Below, in pieces: positions 1 through 9,588 of a stretch of 64,000 nucleotides of DNA; position 1 is the first letter of the stretch; each line of letters starts with the position of its first letter. The DNA comes from an uncultured Chryseobacterium sp. (lineage in GTDB: Bacteria; Bacteroidota; Bacteroidia; Palsa-965): the NCBI GenBank assembly GCA_966211705.1, contig CBIHOC010000010.1, positions 8,339 to 72,338 on the forward strand, written 5' to 3'. A program made the position numbers and the translations under genes. The notes under the pieces are model-generated. The model was given only the letters and a program-made list of their open reading frames with translations. It made no database searches and had not been told where the DNA came from.

Positions 1-40
1 CCAAAACAAATGGTTGAAACCGGCGTGTTGTTGTAAATAT
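1..40 (-). repeat. Partial copy, cut by the window edge, of the ~100-bp cassette-boundary repeat (core AACAGCAyGC-N-GTTTTGGTATGAAGTTACGAA).
   Basis: Reverse complement reads ...aacaacacgccggtttcaaccatttgttttgg, which matches the core of the copies at 548-630 and 6325-6400. Confidence 0.45.
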
Positions 41-513
41 TATAAACTCCACTTTATAGCAGTAAGTTGTTCGTCACTAAGATAGCTTAGTGGCTTATCT
101 AAATCGGATCCTATTATTAATTTCCCGTTTTTGGCACAAGCTGCATAAATATTTGAGTCGGCGAGTATAGGATCGAGTGATGTAACCGACGGCGACGAAG
201 AGTGATCACCAAACCATACCGCTAAAGCTCCATCTTTAAATAATTCCAGACAAATCGACTCAAGAACCAAGCGCCATTTATCCGCCGAAGGCCAATGAAT
301 GAAATGGATTGCAAATGATGAGACCTTGTGCGTATCGTATTCAAATATACTCCATGCTAATTCGTAATCACCTTTATTCAATAAGCCAGAATCTAATGTT
401 TTTCTGCACGAGTCTTCCGGACGATATACGGCATAACAATATAACCCCTGTACTTCTTCCTGCCCGCCACCAGGAGCACGAAACATAATTCCCAAACTAT
501 TTTGTGCTACCAT
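40..513 (-). CDS. Hypothetical protein, 157 aa. Orphan immunity-like gene in an AT-rich cassette.
   Basis: ORF bounded by two copies of the cassette repeat. AT-rich composition is typical of toxin/immunity modules. No recognisable motif. Confidence 0.4.
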   Translation of the reverse strand: MVAQNSLGIMFRAPGGGQEEVQGLYCYAVYRPEDSCRKTLDSGLLNKGDYELAWSIFEYDTHKVSSFAIHFIHWPSADKWRLVLESICLELFKDGALAVWFGDHSSSPSVTSLDPILADSNIYAACAKNGKLIIGSDLDKPLSYLSDEQLTAIKWSL

Positions 514-547
514 AAGTCGAAGTTAGTCATCTGCTAAGCAGCACTTG

Positions 548-630
548 TTTCATGGGTCTTGCTCTTGGCTTTTTGCTTTAGTGCTACGTAACTTCATACG
601 AAACACGTAATTGAAACCGGCATGCTGTTC
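548..630 (-). repeat. Cassette-boundary intergenic repeat, minus-orientation copy.
   Basis: Reverse complement contains aacagcatgccggtttcaattacgtgtttcgtatgaagttacgta, matching the conserved core of the other copies. Confidence 0.6.
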
Positions 631-640
631 AGAATACTTC

Positions 641-1129
641 CTATATATAAGGTTTAAACATCTCTATATCCTGATTCCTGAGCAATTGTTTGACTTCTAC
701 CTTTATCCCATGAATATCGAATTGTTGCTTTTGAATAGAATGATTGTCCATAACTAAAAATGAAAATGTCTCTGCTTCTACCCACCAATCCCAATATTGT
801 GAACCGTTCTGGTAATCCAAAAGCTCTAATAAATACTTCTGCGCATTAGTTGCATCAAAACCTGTGTTCAGGTAATCTGTTCGTACAAATGATTCTATAT
901 GTTCTCCATTTTTAGTTAAAAAAACTTTTCTCTGCGAAGAGAGCACATTTTTAAAAACCGCAATGCCAAAATCCAGGTAAACCACCTCTTGAGGCGTCTG
1001 GTTCAAGGGGTGCTCGGCTAATTGAATGTTATACATCGGCAGGATCAGGTGCTGATTATATATAAGCAATTCGCCGCAGTATGTTTCGAACATACCCAAC
1101 TCTTCAAAGTGTTCCTTTGTTTCTATCAT
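641..1129 (-). CDS. Hypothetical protein, 162 aa. Immunity-like or orphan module.
   Basis: ORF in the AT-rich islet downstream of the DUF4157 toxin gene, followed by the cassette repeat. Confidence 0.4.
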   Translation of the reverse strand: MIETKEHFEELGMFETYCGELLIYNQHLILPMYNIQLAEHPLNQTPQEVVYLDFGIAVFKNVLSSQRKVFLTKNGEHIESFVRTDYLNTGFDATNAQKYLLELLDYQNGSQYWDWWVEAETFSFLVMDNHSIQKQQFDIHGIKVEVKQLLRNQDIEMFKPYI

Positions 1130-1222
1130 TGTTTAATAAGAATTGTAGTTCTCATACTCTCACTTGGAATTTTAGTGACTGCATCGGTGTAAAAGAATTT
1201 CATTTCACCGAATGAGTTCCAA

Positions 1223-1762
1223 TCATTTCATGTGTATGAAAATGGCTGGAATTGCATCCGAAAGCCATATATTTTCATTTACCTTATAGAAACGAATACC
1301 GTGCGTTGAAGCTTGAACCGCTTCAATTATAAGAATGACCGGGCTCCGGGACTTTCTTTTTCCTACCAGTTCGGCATCTCCAGGCAGTCGGGATAAATGT
1401 ACATATTGACGTCCCATAGGGAGTAATCCTTTTTCTTTAATAGAATCCAGCAGCGTAGGTAACGTACCGTGGTAAAGGTTCTCCGATGGAACGGCAGCGT
1501 CAACGTGGAATTTTCCGGCTACGGAATGTCCATATATTGCCCGGATTCTATTACCTGAAATTTCATGTCGTTTTTTAGATAATGATCCGATCATTAATTC
1601 GATATCGGCCCGTGTGAGCATTGAATATTCTGAATATCCTCTCAAAGCCTGCAGCAATTGGTCAAGTAGAACCCATCCACTTTTATCCAATTCTAACTCA
1701 TACAGCCACGGTTCATGCCTTAACGCGTGTGAGATGACTTTACTCAACCTTTCAAAATCCAT
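1223..1762 (-). CDS. kptA: KptA/Tpt1-family RNA 2'-phosphotransferase homolog (ADP-ribosyltransferase fold).
   Basis: Protein shows the family motifs LSKxxSHALRHEPW...LD..GWV...L...IRA..GHS...LYHGT...I...GL....R.YVHLS. Confidence 0.7.
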   Translation of the reverse strand: MDFERLSKVISHALRHEPWLYELELDKSGWVLLDQLLQALRGYSEYSMLTRADIELMIGSLSKKRHEISGNRIRAIYGHSVAGKFHVDAAVPSENLYHGTLPTLLDSIKEKGLLPMGRQYVHLSRLPGDAELVGKRKSRSPVILIIEAVQASTHGIRFYKVNENIWLSDAIPAIFIHMK

Positions 1763-1766
1763 TCGC

Positions 1767-2228
1767 CTATGAGTATATTCGACTCACAAGTTCAGTAATA
1801 ACTTCCTGCGCTGATCTTAACTCCATTGTTGCTTCAAAATCCTTTGCAACACATTCAAACATGTTGTCATGAAAAGTGATGATATAGTGATTGAATCCAG
1901 TCCATTTTTTATCATCGAAGTAAGGGTGGATTTTATCAATAGTCTTCAGTTGTTCTATCCAATCCGACCCATTCAACCTAAATATTCCAGGGGACCGGAG
2001 GCCTATTTTATAGTATGGATGTCCTTGTATCGTTTCATTACCCGGCATTCCAAACTTATGCGCTATCGGAAGAATAAATTTCATCAACCGGATTGGTTCC
2101 TGGTCTGCGGTTTCTTCCAATTCTTTACCGAAGAACATTAAATAGAGCAACGTATCGTTTGCTACGACAAACGGTAATGGAGCTCCAGAATTAATGCCAG
2201 AGTCATCCAAAATTTCGTGAAGTTCCAT
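1767..2228 (-). CDS. Hypothetical protein, 153 aa. Likely immunity protein for the upstream toxin.
   Basis: Lies 75 bp downstream of the DUF4157 toxin gene on the same strand, in AT-rich sequence. Confidence 0.45.
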   Translation of the reverse strand: MELHEILDDSGINSGAPLPFVVANDTLLYLMFFGKELEETADQEPIRLMKFILPIAHKFGMPGNETIQGHPYYKIGLRSPGIFRLNGSDWIEQLKTIDKIHPYFDDKKWTGFNHYIITFHDNMFECVAKDFEATMELRSAQEVITELVSRIYS

Positions 2229-2302
2229 ATGATTTTTTAGAAACGGTACAACTTTCTTCGCACAAATATAGTACTCAGTTCTTTATATCTATATGCTTAT
2301 TC

Positions 2303-5300
2303 TTATTTAGTTATGACAGTTTGCGTACCAGATTGTTTAATTGAGTTAACGCCTTGTGAAAGGCCATTCCTCTTAAACTGATCGGTAAGTTGTTGTTCAA
2401 AAAACTCTTGCCCTGTTCTGTCAACAACATTCCATTGACTTCTAGGAATGTTTGCCTTTGTAAGAGCAGCAGAAGATCTGGTATTTAAAATTACAGTTTC
2501 ACCATTTCTGAAAACCACATCAATAGATACATCAGCGACCTTGATCTCTCCTGAGACTAATTGGGCCGCAACTTCGTCAGTTGTCATGCCTGAGAACTTT
2601 CCCGTTTTGCTGAAACTATTACCAAATGATTTTTGTGCCCATGTCGCATTTTCAATGTTAATTAACCCGCTTCGTTGTTCATTCCACACGGTTTTAGCCA
2701 TGTTTGCATCGTAATCCAAAAACTCATCGTTAAACTGTGATTTCGTACCCTTATAAACATTCGTCTCCACCTTCGCCGTATTCATCCACGCCTTCATACT
2801 CTGCAAATACGCTTTTGAATTCTTGAAGACTTGTAACACTTTCTGCCATTCAGCTAAAGCGCCAAGGAGCACATCAAACGATCCCTCCGCGATCATTGTT
2901 TTGCGCTGTTCGGGGGTCAGGTTTGACGTGAAAGTGCCTTCCAATATTTTTACAACACCTAAACTGGTAATCGCAAAAGAAATAAACCTGAAAAGCATGG
3001 ACCGCCCCAGGTTGCCCATTACCGTCCAGAATGCAGCCGTTATCAGTGGCAGTTCGGTCGTTATCCAGAAGAGCGCGCCTTCAACAACCCATGCGGCGGC
3101 GGCCATAATCATTTCCACCAGGGCGCCTACCAGGATCGCCACCAGGGCAACCAATGCCTCGATGAGCAGCACCAGCAGCACAATGAGCGCGATGATCGCA
3201 AGCACGAGAAGAATGATCGCGATAACAATACCTATGATCCATAAGATCGCCTCGCCTATCGCTAAAAGAATATCCCCGATGACCGAGAGGATCTGGCGGG
3301 TATAATAAGTGGCCTCCCATTCGCTGGCCAGTTGTTCCGCCTCGTCGCGGATGGCATCTTTGGTATCATTGAAGAGCTCTTCATTTTCCGCAAGCGCATC
3401 GTCAACTTTCTCTGTAATGTCTGTTTTCCCCTCGGCAAGGTCTGCTTCCCATTCAACAATGCTGTCGTTTGCTGTCTGGCGAAGCCCGGCAATGCTCTTG
3501 TTCACAATGTCCTTCATGCCGGCATTGGCCTGGTCGCCCGCCTTGGTATAGATATCAATGATCGACGCCTGGATATTTACAGACTGTGTCGAGAATTCGG
3601 TCTTTATCGTTTCCGTTCCCTTCTGAGCTTCGTCGCGCAGGCAGTCCAGCTGGTACAAAACTTCCTGCGAGGCTTCACAATACATCACCGATTTTGCGGC
3701 GACGCTCTGAACGATTTCCTCCTGCATTTCACCGGTAGACTTGACCAGCTGGTCTTCCGCCAGGTGAATGATCTGTATGCCGACATCATCCGGGCTATTG
3801 GCGACTTCGCTCTCCACGCCGGCAACCAGCTGCGCGGTTTCCTGCTTATAGTTTACAAGAGTCTGGCGGAGCTCGGCAGTACGTTTTTCTTCGTCGGTCG
3901 TGATTTCTGTAATGGCATTCGTCACCATCGCATCCAAATTCACCAGCGACTGTTGTTTCTGCATCTCCAGCTGCGCAATAACGCCTTCGCCTGATGCCAT
4001 ATAGGCAGCCAGGGGTTCTGCAGATGCATTTACCAGCGCATCGATCGACTGGTCCGCCAGGTCTCTGATGCTTTGTGCAACCTCCTCTTTATTTTCGGGT
4101 AAACTTTCTGCGGCTTCTTTCGATTCTTCCCTGAAACGTTCGGCGAGGTCGGCGGCATCCTCGTGAATTTGCTCGATCAGGGCATCATTATTTTCCTTGA
4201 TACCCTCGATGGCATCATCTCGCATTTCACCCAGGTTGTCTTCCATCCTGCCCCGGCGACCTTCAGCGTCATATTCCCGGATAAACCGGTCGATCTGTTC
4301 GGTCGTGTAACTGAACAGCTCCGAAACCTGTGTTTTCTCAATCGCCCGGACGCGTTTCTCTTCATCAACAGCGTGCTGTTCGGCCTCCTTCGCTAACCGC
4401 TCGCCTTCTTCTTCCAGCCGTTTCACTTCGCCGGCCGTCTCCAGGTCCAACCGTTCCAGCTCAGTTAACCGGAAGCCCTTGATCCTCATTTTCTCATACG
4501 CGTGCGCATCTTCCGTTTGCTTCTGGGCCGTTGCCATCTCGTTCCTGACGGCAGTTATCGCCAGATCGTATACAAGCTCCGTTTGGGCCCGTTTAATAAC
4601 GGATTCCGATTTTATTTTTTCCCGTTCAGCTGATGCAGTAATGCTAAGCTGCGCGATCTGTTCATTGATTGTCTGATCGACCTCGGTTTCCAGTTGCTGC
4701 GCTTCGGCTTTAAATGCGGCAAGCTCCTCGCGGGCGCTGGCTTTTCCTGCACGACGTTTCTTTCTTCCGCTCGTCTTCGACGCCGTTTTCAGATTTAAGG
4801 GTGCGGCCGTTTTTATCAACTCTCCTGTGCCCAGGTTTCCTTTCCCGGTCTTTTCCTTTTTCTCTCCTTTCCTTTCTGTCTTTTCTTCGTCTGTCTTTTC
4901 TTCTTCCTTTACTTTTTCTTTTTCTATGCCCTTTTTCTCCTCAGTAGTAATACCTGTCCCGGCCGGAATATTTTCAACCGTAACGTTCTCGCTTACATCC
5001 GGCGCAACCTGTTCCTCGGATAATTTAACGGATGAGGCCTGGATATACCCAAAAGCAGAAGTGGGCCCCAGCGTGCGCGCAAAGTACCATCCCGTTGCTT
5101 CGGATATATAAAGTAACGCCACGAGTTGATCAGGCTCCAGGGCTACTTCGACAACAGCATCGGCATTGTCGTTTGCTTTTAAGCCCGGACTTTCTCCTAT
5201 TACAATTCCTTTCTTCGGAGGCGTCAACATCACATAGCCCTCTTTCTCTGCCGGATCTTCCGCTTTCCGCATCACCTTCCTCCCCACTCCTCCCCCATTC

Positions 5301-5845
5301 TGCTGCGTATGCACCACCTCATGCGCCAGCAACTCCTTCCCACCCTTACTCCCCGGATCGTAATTCCCATCCTTGAAATAAATATCCTGCCCGTGCGTGA
5401 ACGCTTTCGCATTCACACTGTCCGCCATCTCGTGCGCGTTGCTGCCGGTGTGGATTTTCACATCGCTCAAATCCGCCCCCATCTTCCCGCCGATGTCCTG
5501 CTGCACGTTCTCCGGCAATGATTGTCCGCTGCCTTTGCTGCTGTTGAGCTGGCGCTGCAAACCTTCCGGCGCGTGCAACGTATCGCCTTCGGATTTCGAT
5601 TGCACGGAATTATTCGCAGATGAAAGCTGGCTGATGTTCGCGTCGCCGCCATCAACAACTTTGCGCGCGATCATATCCGCTTCCTGCTCCTGCGCGTCGC
5701 CGGGTTGTGAAACCTCAAGCTTCGCTTTGATCGACGCATTTTCCATCGCCATTTCCTCTTCTTCCTGGCGCATGACAAGCTCGCGCCGGCGACGGATCGT
5801 TTCGGCCTTCTCGTTCTTCGTATGGATCTTATTATAAAAACTCAT
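2303..5845 (-). CDS. DUF4157 (HExxH zincin-like) N-terminal domain eCIS-cargo or polymorphic-toxin protein, 1180 aa. Has a long coiled-coil/KE-rich region, a hydrophobic segment and a variable AT-rich C-terminal domain.
   Basis: N-terminus is near-identical to that of 6735-9500. Contains the motif LLAHEVVHTQQ. The C-terminal ~200 codons are AT-rich. Confidence 0.75.
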   Translation of the reverse strand: MSFYNKIHTKNEKAETIRRRRELVMRQEEEEMAMENASIKAKLEVSQPGDAQEQEADMIARKVVDGGDANISQLSSANNSVQSKSEGDTLHAPEGLQRQLNSSKGSGQSLPENVQQDIGGKMGADLSDVKIHTGSNAHEMADSVNAKAFTHGQDIYFKDGNYDPGSKGGKELLAHEVVHTQQNGGGVGRKVMRKAEDPAEKEGYVMLTPPKKGIVIGESPGLKANDNADAVVEVALEPDQLVALLYISEATGWYFARTLGPTSAFGYIQASSVKLSEEQVAPDVSENVTVENIPAGTGITTEEKKGIEKEKVKEEEKTDEEKTERKGEKKEKTGKGNLGTGELIKTAAPLNLKTASKTSGRKKRRAGKASAREELAAFKAEAQQLETEVDQTINEQIAQLSITASAEREKIKSESVIKRAQTELVYDLAITAVRNEMATAQKQTEDAHAYEKMRIKGFRLTELERLDLETAGEVKRLEEEGERLAKEAEQHAVDEEKRVRAIEKTQVSELFSYTTEQIDRFIREYDAEGRRGRMEDNLGEMRDDAIEGIKENNDALIEQIHEDAADLAERFREESKEAAESLPENKEEVAQSIRDLADQSIDALVNASAEPLAAYMASGEGVIAQLEMQKQQSLVNLDAMVTNAITEITTDEEKRTAELRQTLVNYKQETAQLVAGVESEVANSPDDVGIQIIHLAEDQLVKSTGEMQEEIVQSVAAKSVMYCEASQEVLYQLDCLRDEAQKGTETIKTEFSTQSVNIQASIIDIYTKAGDQANAGMKDIVNKSIAGLRQTANDSIVEWEADLAEGKTDITEKVDDALAENEELFNDTKDAIRDEAEQLASEWEATYYTRQILSVIGDILLAIGEAILWIIGIVIAIILLVLAIIALIVLLVLLIEALVALVAILVGALVEMIMAAAAWVVEGALFWITTELPLITAAFWTVMGNLGRSMLFRFISFAITSLGVVKILEGTFTSNLTPEQRKTMIAEGSFDVLLGALAEWQKVLQVFKNSKAYLQSMKAWMNTAKVETNVYKGTKSQFNDEFLDYDANMAKTVWNEQRSGLINIENATWAQKSFGNSFSKTGKFSGMTTDEVAAQLVSGEIKVADVSIDVVFRNGETVILNTRSSAALTKANIPRSQWNVVDRTGQEFFEQQLTDQFKRNGLSQGVNSIKQSGTQTVITK

Positions 5846-6290
5846 GATTCAAAAAGTCCAAAAAATTTAAAACCCAAACGCCGCCCCAACTCACAATCCC
5901 AGGGAGGTTTGATACCTCGTACATGATTACCCCTTTGGGATTTGGAATTTTTGGATTTATTTTTTCTATGGCGTTCTGTTCTCCTTCGCCAGCTCGCGGC
6001 GTATGCCTTTCACAAGATCGATGCCGCCGATCTCCGAAAGTCCTTTCACCGTGGCTTCCACGCAGCAGTATTTCAAAATGTTGCTTACGTTGGCGCCGGT
6101 CAATTCGTACTTCGATAATTTGTCGAACGAGATGTTTTCCGCATAGCTGAACCCTTCGGGCAACGCCTGTTTCCACAGCAGCATGCGCTCTTCTTTTGCC
6201 GGGCGCGGGAAATAGATCATGGCCTGGAAGCGGCGCGTCATGGCGGGATCGAGGTTGTGCTTCAGGTTGGTGGCGAGGATGGTGAGGCCG
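5300..6290. repeat. About 1-kb segmental duplication, copy A of the region at about 8955-9917: toxin 5' end plus intergenic region plus ATPase 3' end.
   Basis: Encoded N-terminal ~180 aa of both toxins and the ATPase C-terminal 91 aa are near-identical. Alignment is interrupted by an about 32-bp indel in the intergenic part and diverges at about 6287. Confidence 0.7.
5966..6287 (-). pseudogene. Truncated 3' fragment of an eCIS AAA ATPase gene, remnant of the segmental duplication.
   Basis: 91-aa ORF is identical to the C-terminus of the 9589-11151 product (MTRRFQAMIYFPRPAKEERMLLWKQ...KENRTP). Homology ends abruptly at about 6287. Confidence 0.6.
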
Positions 6291-6324
6291 GGGTAATTAA
6301 ATCGGGAGTTGGTTTTATGTTTGA

Positions 6325-6400
6325 CTTTATGCTAAAGCGCTTCGTAACTTCATACCAAAACACGTTGGTTAAAACCGGCGTGCTGTTCTGAAGTTCATTT
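6325..6400 (-). repeat. Cassette-boundary intergenic repeat, minus-orientation copy.
   Basis: Reverse complement contains aacagcacgccggttttaaccaacgtgttttggtatgaagttacgaagcgc. Confidence 0.6.
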
Positions 6401-6727
6401 CTTTTCATTCAGAAAGCTTCTCCAGTCTTCAAGCAATTGAATAAGCTCCACGGTTGAAATTTCTGTTTCGCTCTCTCCAAAATCATAGAATATTTTTGAT
6501 TTGTCCTTATAACTGTCGATGATGCAATAATCTGAACCTCCAAAAGAATACATCTCCATTTCGCCCTCTGCTACTTTCCGGACATTCTGGAGAACGTCCT
6601 CAACTCCTTCTATTGTTTGCAAAAAGCCGGAAGACAAGTCATAGAGCATTTCATAAGGGGGCTCAACATTTATCAATAGGATGCGTTCGTCAAGAACATT
6701 TTTTTCACTGAAATGGTATTTTATCAT
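6395..6727 (-). CDS. Hypothetical protein, 110 aa. Probable immunity protein for the adjacent EndoU-like toxin.
   Basis: Lies 8 bp downstream of the toxin stop on the same strand. Small, AT-rich. Confidence 0.5.
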   Translation of the reverse strand: MIKYHFSEKNVLDERILLINVEPPYEMLYDLSSGFLQTIEGVEDVLQNVRKVAEGEMEMYSFGGSDYCIIDSYKDKSKIFYDFGESETEISTVELIQLLEDWRSFLNEKK

Positions 6728-6734
6728 ATCGCGT

Positions 6735-9500
6735 TTAGAATTTAGGGAATGCAGAGATAATATTACCGCTTTTATCTAAATACATTTCAATCTTGGTACC
6801 ATCAGAAGCCGTCCCGAGCCAGGTATTGCCCTTTACAAAAATCTTATTGTTAAAGGCATGTGTTATTTCCTCCAGCACTTTTTGCTTATTCCAAGTGGGC
6901 CGAAAAAAGGACGAGTAGCCACCATTTGCAGTTTTACGGACCCAGTTGCCGGCTGCATCTTTCACTTCTACAATGGCCTTAAAAACCCCTTTGGGGCCAA
7001 TCTTTATTGTTCCGGGAACGATTCTCGCTGTACCACCTCTGATTGCATCAATATGATGTACTCCGGTCGCTTTTCCAGCTTTAATTTCACCTTCAAAAAT
7101 ATGCTTAATTGTTTTGGGCGTGATCTTACTCGTGATTTTTTTGACTTGGGTCACCACCTTCTTTGTCTTCGTCACCACTTTCTTCGCCGGTACAATCCCC
7201 TTCTTGAACGCCTTCTTCAACGGTCCGAGGCCTGGCATCTTTTTAGTCATTTTAGTGAACTTCGATACGATCTTCATCACCATCGTCATCACCTTGCTCA
7301 GCCACGTTACCGCTTTACCTCCCCATTTGATCGCAGTGATCGAGCCCCAGGAAACGACCGCCATTATTACCTCGGCAATGATGTAACCGATGAGCCAGCC
7401 CCAGTTGTAACCCGACACCCAAGGGTCGGGGGAGCTCAGCTTTTCGCCGAACGCGCTCATTTCTTTCCCGATCTCCTCGACAACCGCAGAAGCAATTTCC
7501 TTCATCTGTGCCCAGGTGAGGTTGCTCACAAATTCCCATATCTCTTTTGCCTTCTGGACGCCGTCACCGAAAAAGAGACTGTAGAGTACCTTAAAGGGCA
7601 TTGCCACCAGGTTGTAGATCGCAACGATCGTATCCCAGATGGACTCGAGGAACCCGACGACCAGTCCGCCGACGAAAGCAAGGCCGAACTGGATGCCCCA
7701 CCAGATAGATTCCAATATTTTCTTGACGGACTTCCAAATCTCGCCCGTGTAAGAACCCGAAGAAATGGTGCCTTTCTTTTCCAGCTCTATAATGTATTCT
7801 TTCGAAGGCATCCAGATCGTCATGCCTTTGATCAGGATCGGGTCGTGGTGGTACTGGTCGTTCTCTTCAAACCATCCGGGTGAGCTGGTATTTTTGATTT
7901 GCTTCAGGCGCCCTGAGATTCTATTGGCATAGACCACGCCGTTCACGTACATCCGTTTGTCCTCCTTGTCGCGCAGGCTGTAGTACTGCTTCACGAGCTG
8001 GGATAACGTCTGGCCCTTTTCGATGGTGTACAGGGTGGCATTAGGTTCCGGCGGGTTGAAAGCCAGCGCATGCTCTTCCACCCAGCCGCTTTTCGCGCCC
8101 GACTGGATAAAATACCAGCCGTTGTACTCCTTCGTCACGCTCACCCGCTCGTTCTGGTACACCATGAAACGATAGCCCAGCTCGCCGATGCCTTCCTGGC
8201 GCGGGATGGGTGTGAATTTCACCTTGAATTCGTTCTGGGCGACGATGCCGGTCTTCTTCACGTCATTACCGCGGCGGCCGAGCATGTACTGCACATCTTC
8301 GTCGTTGCGGATGATCGGCGTGAAGCCGCCCATGCGCTGCACAACTCCGGTGGCGGTTGCGATATATTCCTGGTTAAGCGCCACGAGGTGCAGCAGCTTC
8401 TGCGTGTCCGCTTCGCTGACCCCGGCGATGAGGTTGTTGATCGATGATGATGAGCTGGTGAACTGTCCTTTCGTATAGAACCACTTCTTCTCCGTATTGA
8501 TCCCTTTGATCTCGTATTCCAGCATGGCGCCGCTGCCCACGACGAGCAGGAGCTGGTGCTCCGACAGGTTGTCAAGCCCCGCAAGAGGCGCAGGAGCGGT
8601 GGTCGCATTGACGTTAATGTAGATCTCCCCACCGTCCTGCGGCTCGATCTTGATCTGCCGGCTGTAGCGGATATTCCGCATCGGGACAGGGTTGATCGGG
8701 CGGGTAGAGAACTCCGGGTCGAACGCTACGCTGGGGGCTTTTTGCCCGGCCGTATTCTTTTGTATACCGACGAAATTGTTCGACACCGAAATTTTCCCGA
8801 GCGGTGTAGCTGCCACGAGACGATAGCTGTCGGCAATCCCCCACACCATGGGCGAATCGAAAACATTCTTGAGCTCACTGAGCGGCTTGGGGTCTGTCTG
8901 GCGCTGAATTTTCCGCCCCACGCCATTTTGATTCTGCTGCGCCTGCCCGGCATTCTGCTGCGTATGCACAACCTCATGCGCCAGCAACTCCTTCCCACCC
9001 TTGCTCCCCGGATCATAATTCCCATCCTTGAAATAAATATCCTGTCCGTGCGTGAACGCCTTTGCATTCACACTGTCCGCCATCTCGTGCGCGTTGCTGC
9101 CGGTGTGGATTTTCACGTCGCTCAAATCCGCCCCCATCTTCCCGCCGATGTCCTGCTGCACATTCTCCGGCAACGATTGCCCGTTTCCTTTGCTGCTGTC
9201 GAGCTGGCGCTGCAAACCTTCCGGCGCACGCAACGTGTCGCCTTCAGATTTGGATTGCACGGAGCTGCTTGCAGGCGAAAGCTGGCTGATGTTCGCATCG
9301 CCGCCGTCGACCACTTTCCGCGCGATCATGTCTGCTTCCTGCTCCTGCGCGTCGCCGGGTTGCGAAACCTCAAGCTTCGCTTTGATCGACGCATTTTCCA
9401 TCGCCATTTCCTCTTCTTCCTGGCGCATGACAAGCTCGCGCCGGCGACGGATCGTTTCGGCCTTCTCGTTCTTCGTATGGATCTTATTATAAAAACTCAT
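6735..9500 (-). CDS. DUF4157 N-terminal domain toxin, 921 aa from MSFYNK. Has a central hydrophobic junction segment and a C-terminal domain resembling bacterial EndoU-type RNase toxins.
   Basis: Contains HExxH (LLAHEVVHTQQ). C-terminal HIFEGEIKAGKATGVHHIDAIRGG...GVFKAIVEVKD..GNWVRK...NGGYSSFFRPTWNKQKVLEEI matches the EndoU_bacteria signature as I recall it. Start chosen at the second ATG (9500) by homology to 2303-5845. Confidence 0.75.
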   Translation of the reverse strand: MSFYNKIHTKNEKAETIRRRRELVMRQEEEEMAMENASIKAKLEVSQPGDAQEQEADMIARKVVDGGDANISQLSPASSSVQSKSEGDTLRAPEGLQRQLDSSKGNGQSLPENVQQDIGGKMGADLSDVKIHTGSNAHEMADSVNAKAFTHGQDIYFKDGNYDPGSKGGKELLAHEVVHTQQNAGQAQQNQNGVGRKIQRQTDPKPLSELKNVFDSPMVWGIADSYRLVAATPLGKISVSNNFVGIQKNTAGQKAPSVAFDPEFSTRPINPVPMRNIRYSRQIKIEPQDGGEIYINVNATTAPAPLAGLDNLSEHQLLLVVGSGAMLEYEIKGINTEKKWFYTKGQFTSSSSSINNLIAGVSEADTQKLLHLVALNQEYIATATGVVQRMGGFTPIIRNDEDVQYMLGRRGNDVKKTGIVAQNEFKVKFTPIPRQEGIGELGYRFMVYQNERVSVTKEYNGWYFIQSGAKSGWVEEHALAFNPPEPNATLYTIEKGQTLSQLVKQYYSLRDKEDKRMYVNGVVYANRISGRLKQIKNTSSPGWFEENDQYHHDPILIKGMTIWMPSKEYIIELEKKGTISSGSYTGEIWKSVKKILESIWWGIQFGLAFVGGLVVGFLESIWDTIVAIYNLVAMPFKVLYSLFFGDGVQKAKEIWEFVSNLTWAQMKEIASAVVEEIGKEMSAFGEKLSSPDPWVSGYNWGWLIGYIIAEVIMAVVSWGSITAIKWGGKAVTWLSKVMTMVMKIVSKFTKMTKKMPGLGPLKKAFKKGIVPAKKVVTKTKKVVTQVKKITSKITPKTIKHIFEGEIKAGKATGVHHIDAIRGGTARIVPGTIKIGPKGVFKAIVEVKDAAGNWVRKTANGGYSSFFRPTWNKQKVLEEITHAFNNKIFVKGNTWLGTASDGTKIEMYLDKSGNIISAFPKF

Positions 9501-9588
9501 GCTTAAAAATTCCAAATATTACAAAACCCAAATCCCACCTCGTACATGATTTACCCTTTGGGAATTTGGAATTTCCGCTTTGTTTTTT

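Noticed and set aside
3309-5837. Multiple plus-strand ORFs (80-220 aa) inside the minus-strand toxin gene, including S/P/F-rich translations.
   Set aside because: Antisense or low-complexity frames of the coiled-coil and KE-rich region.
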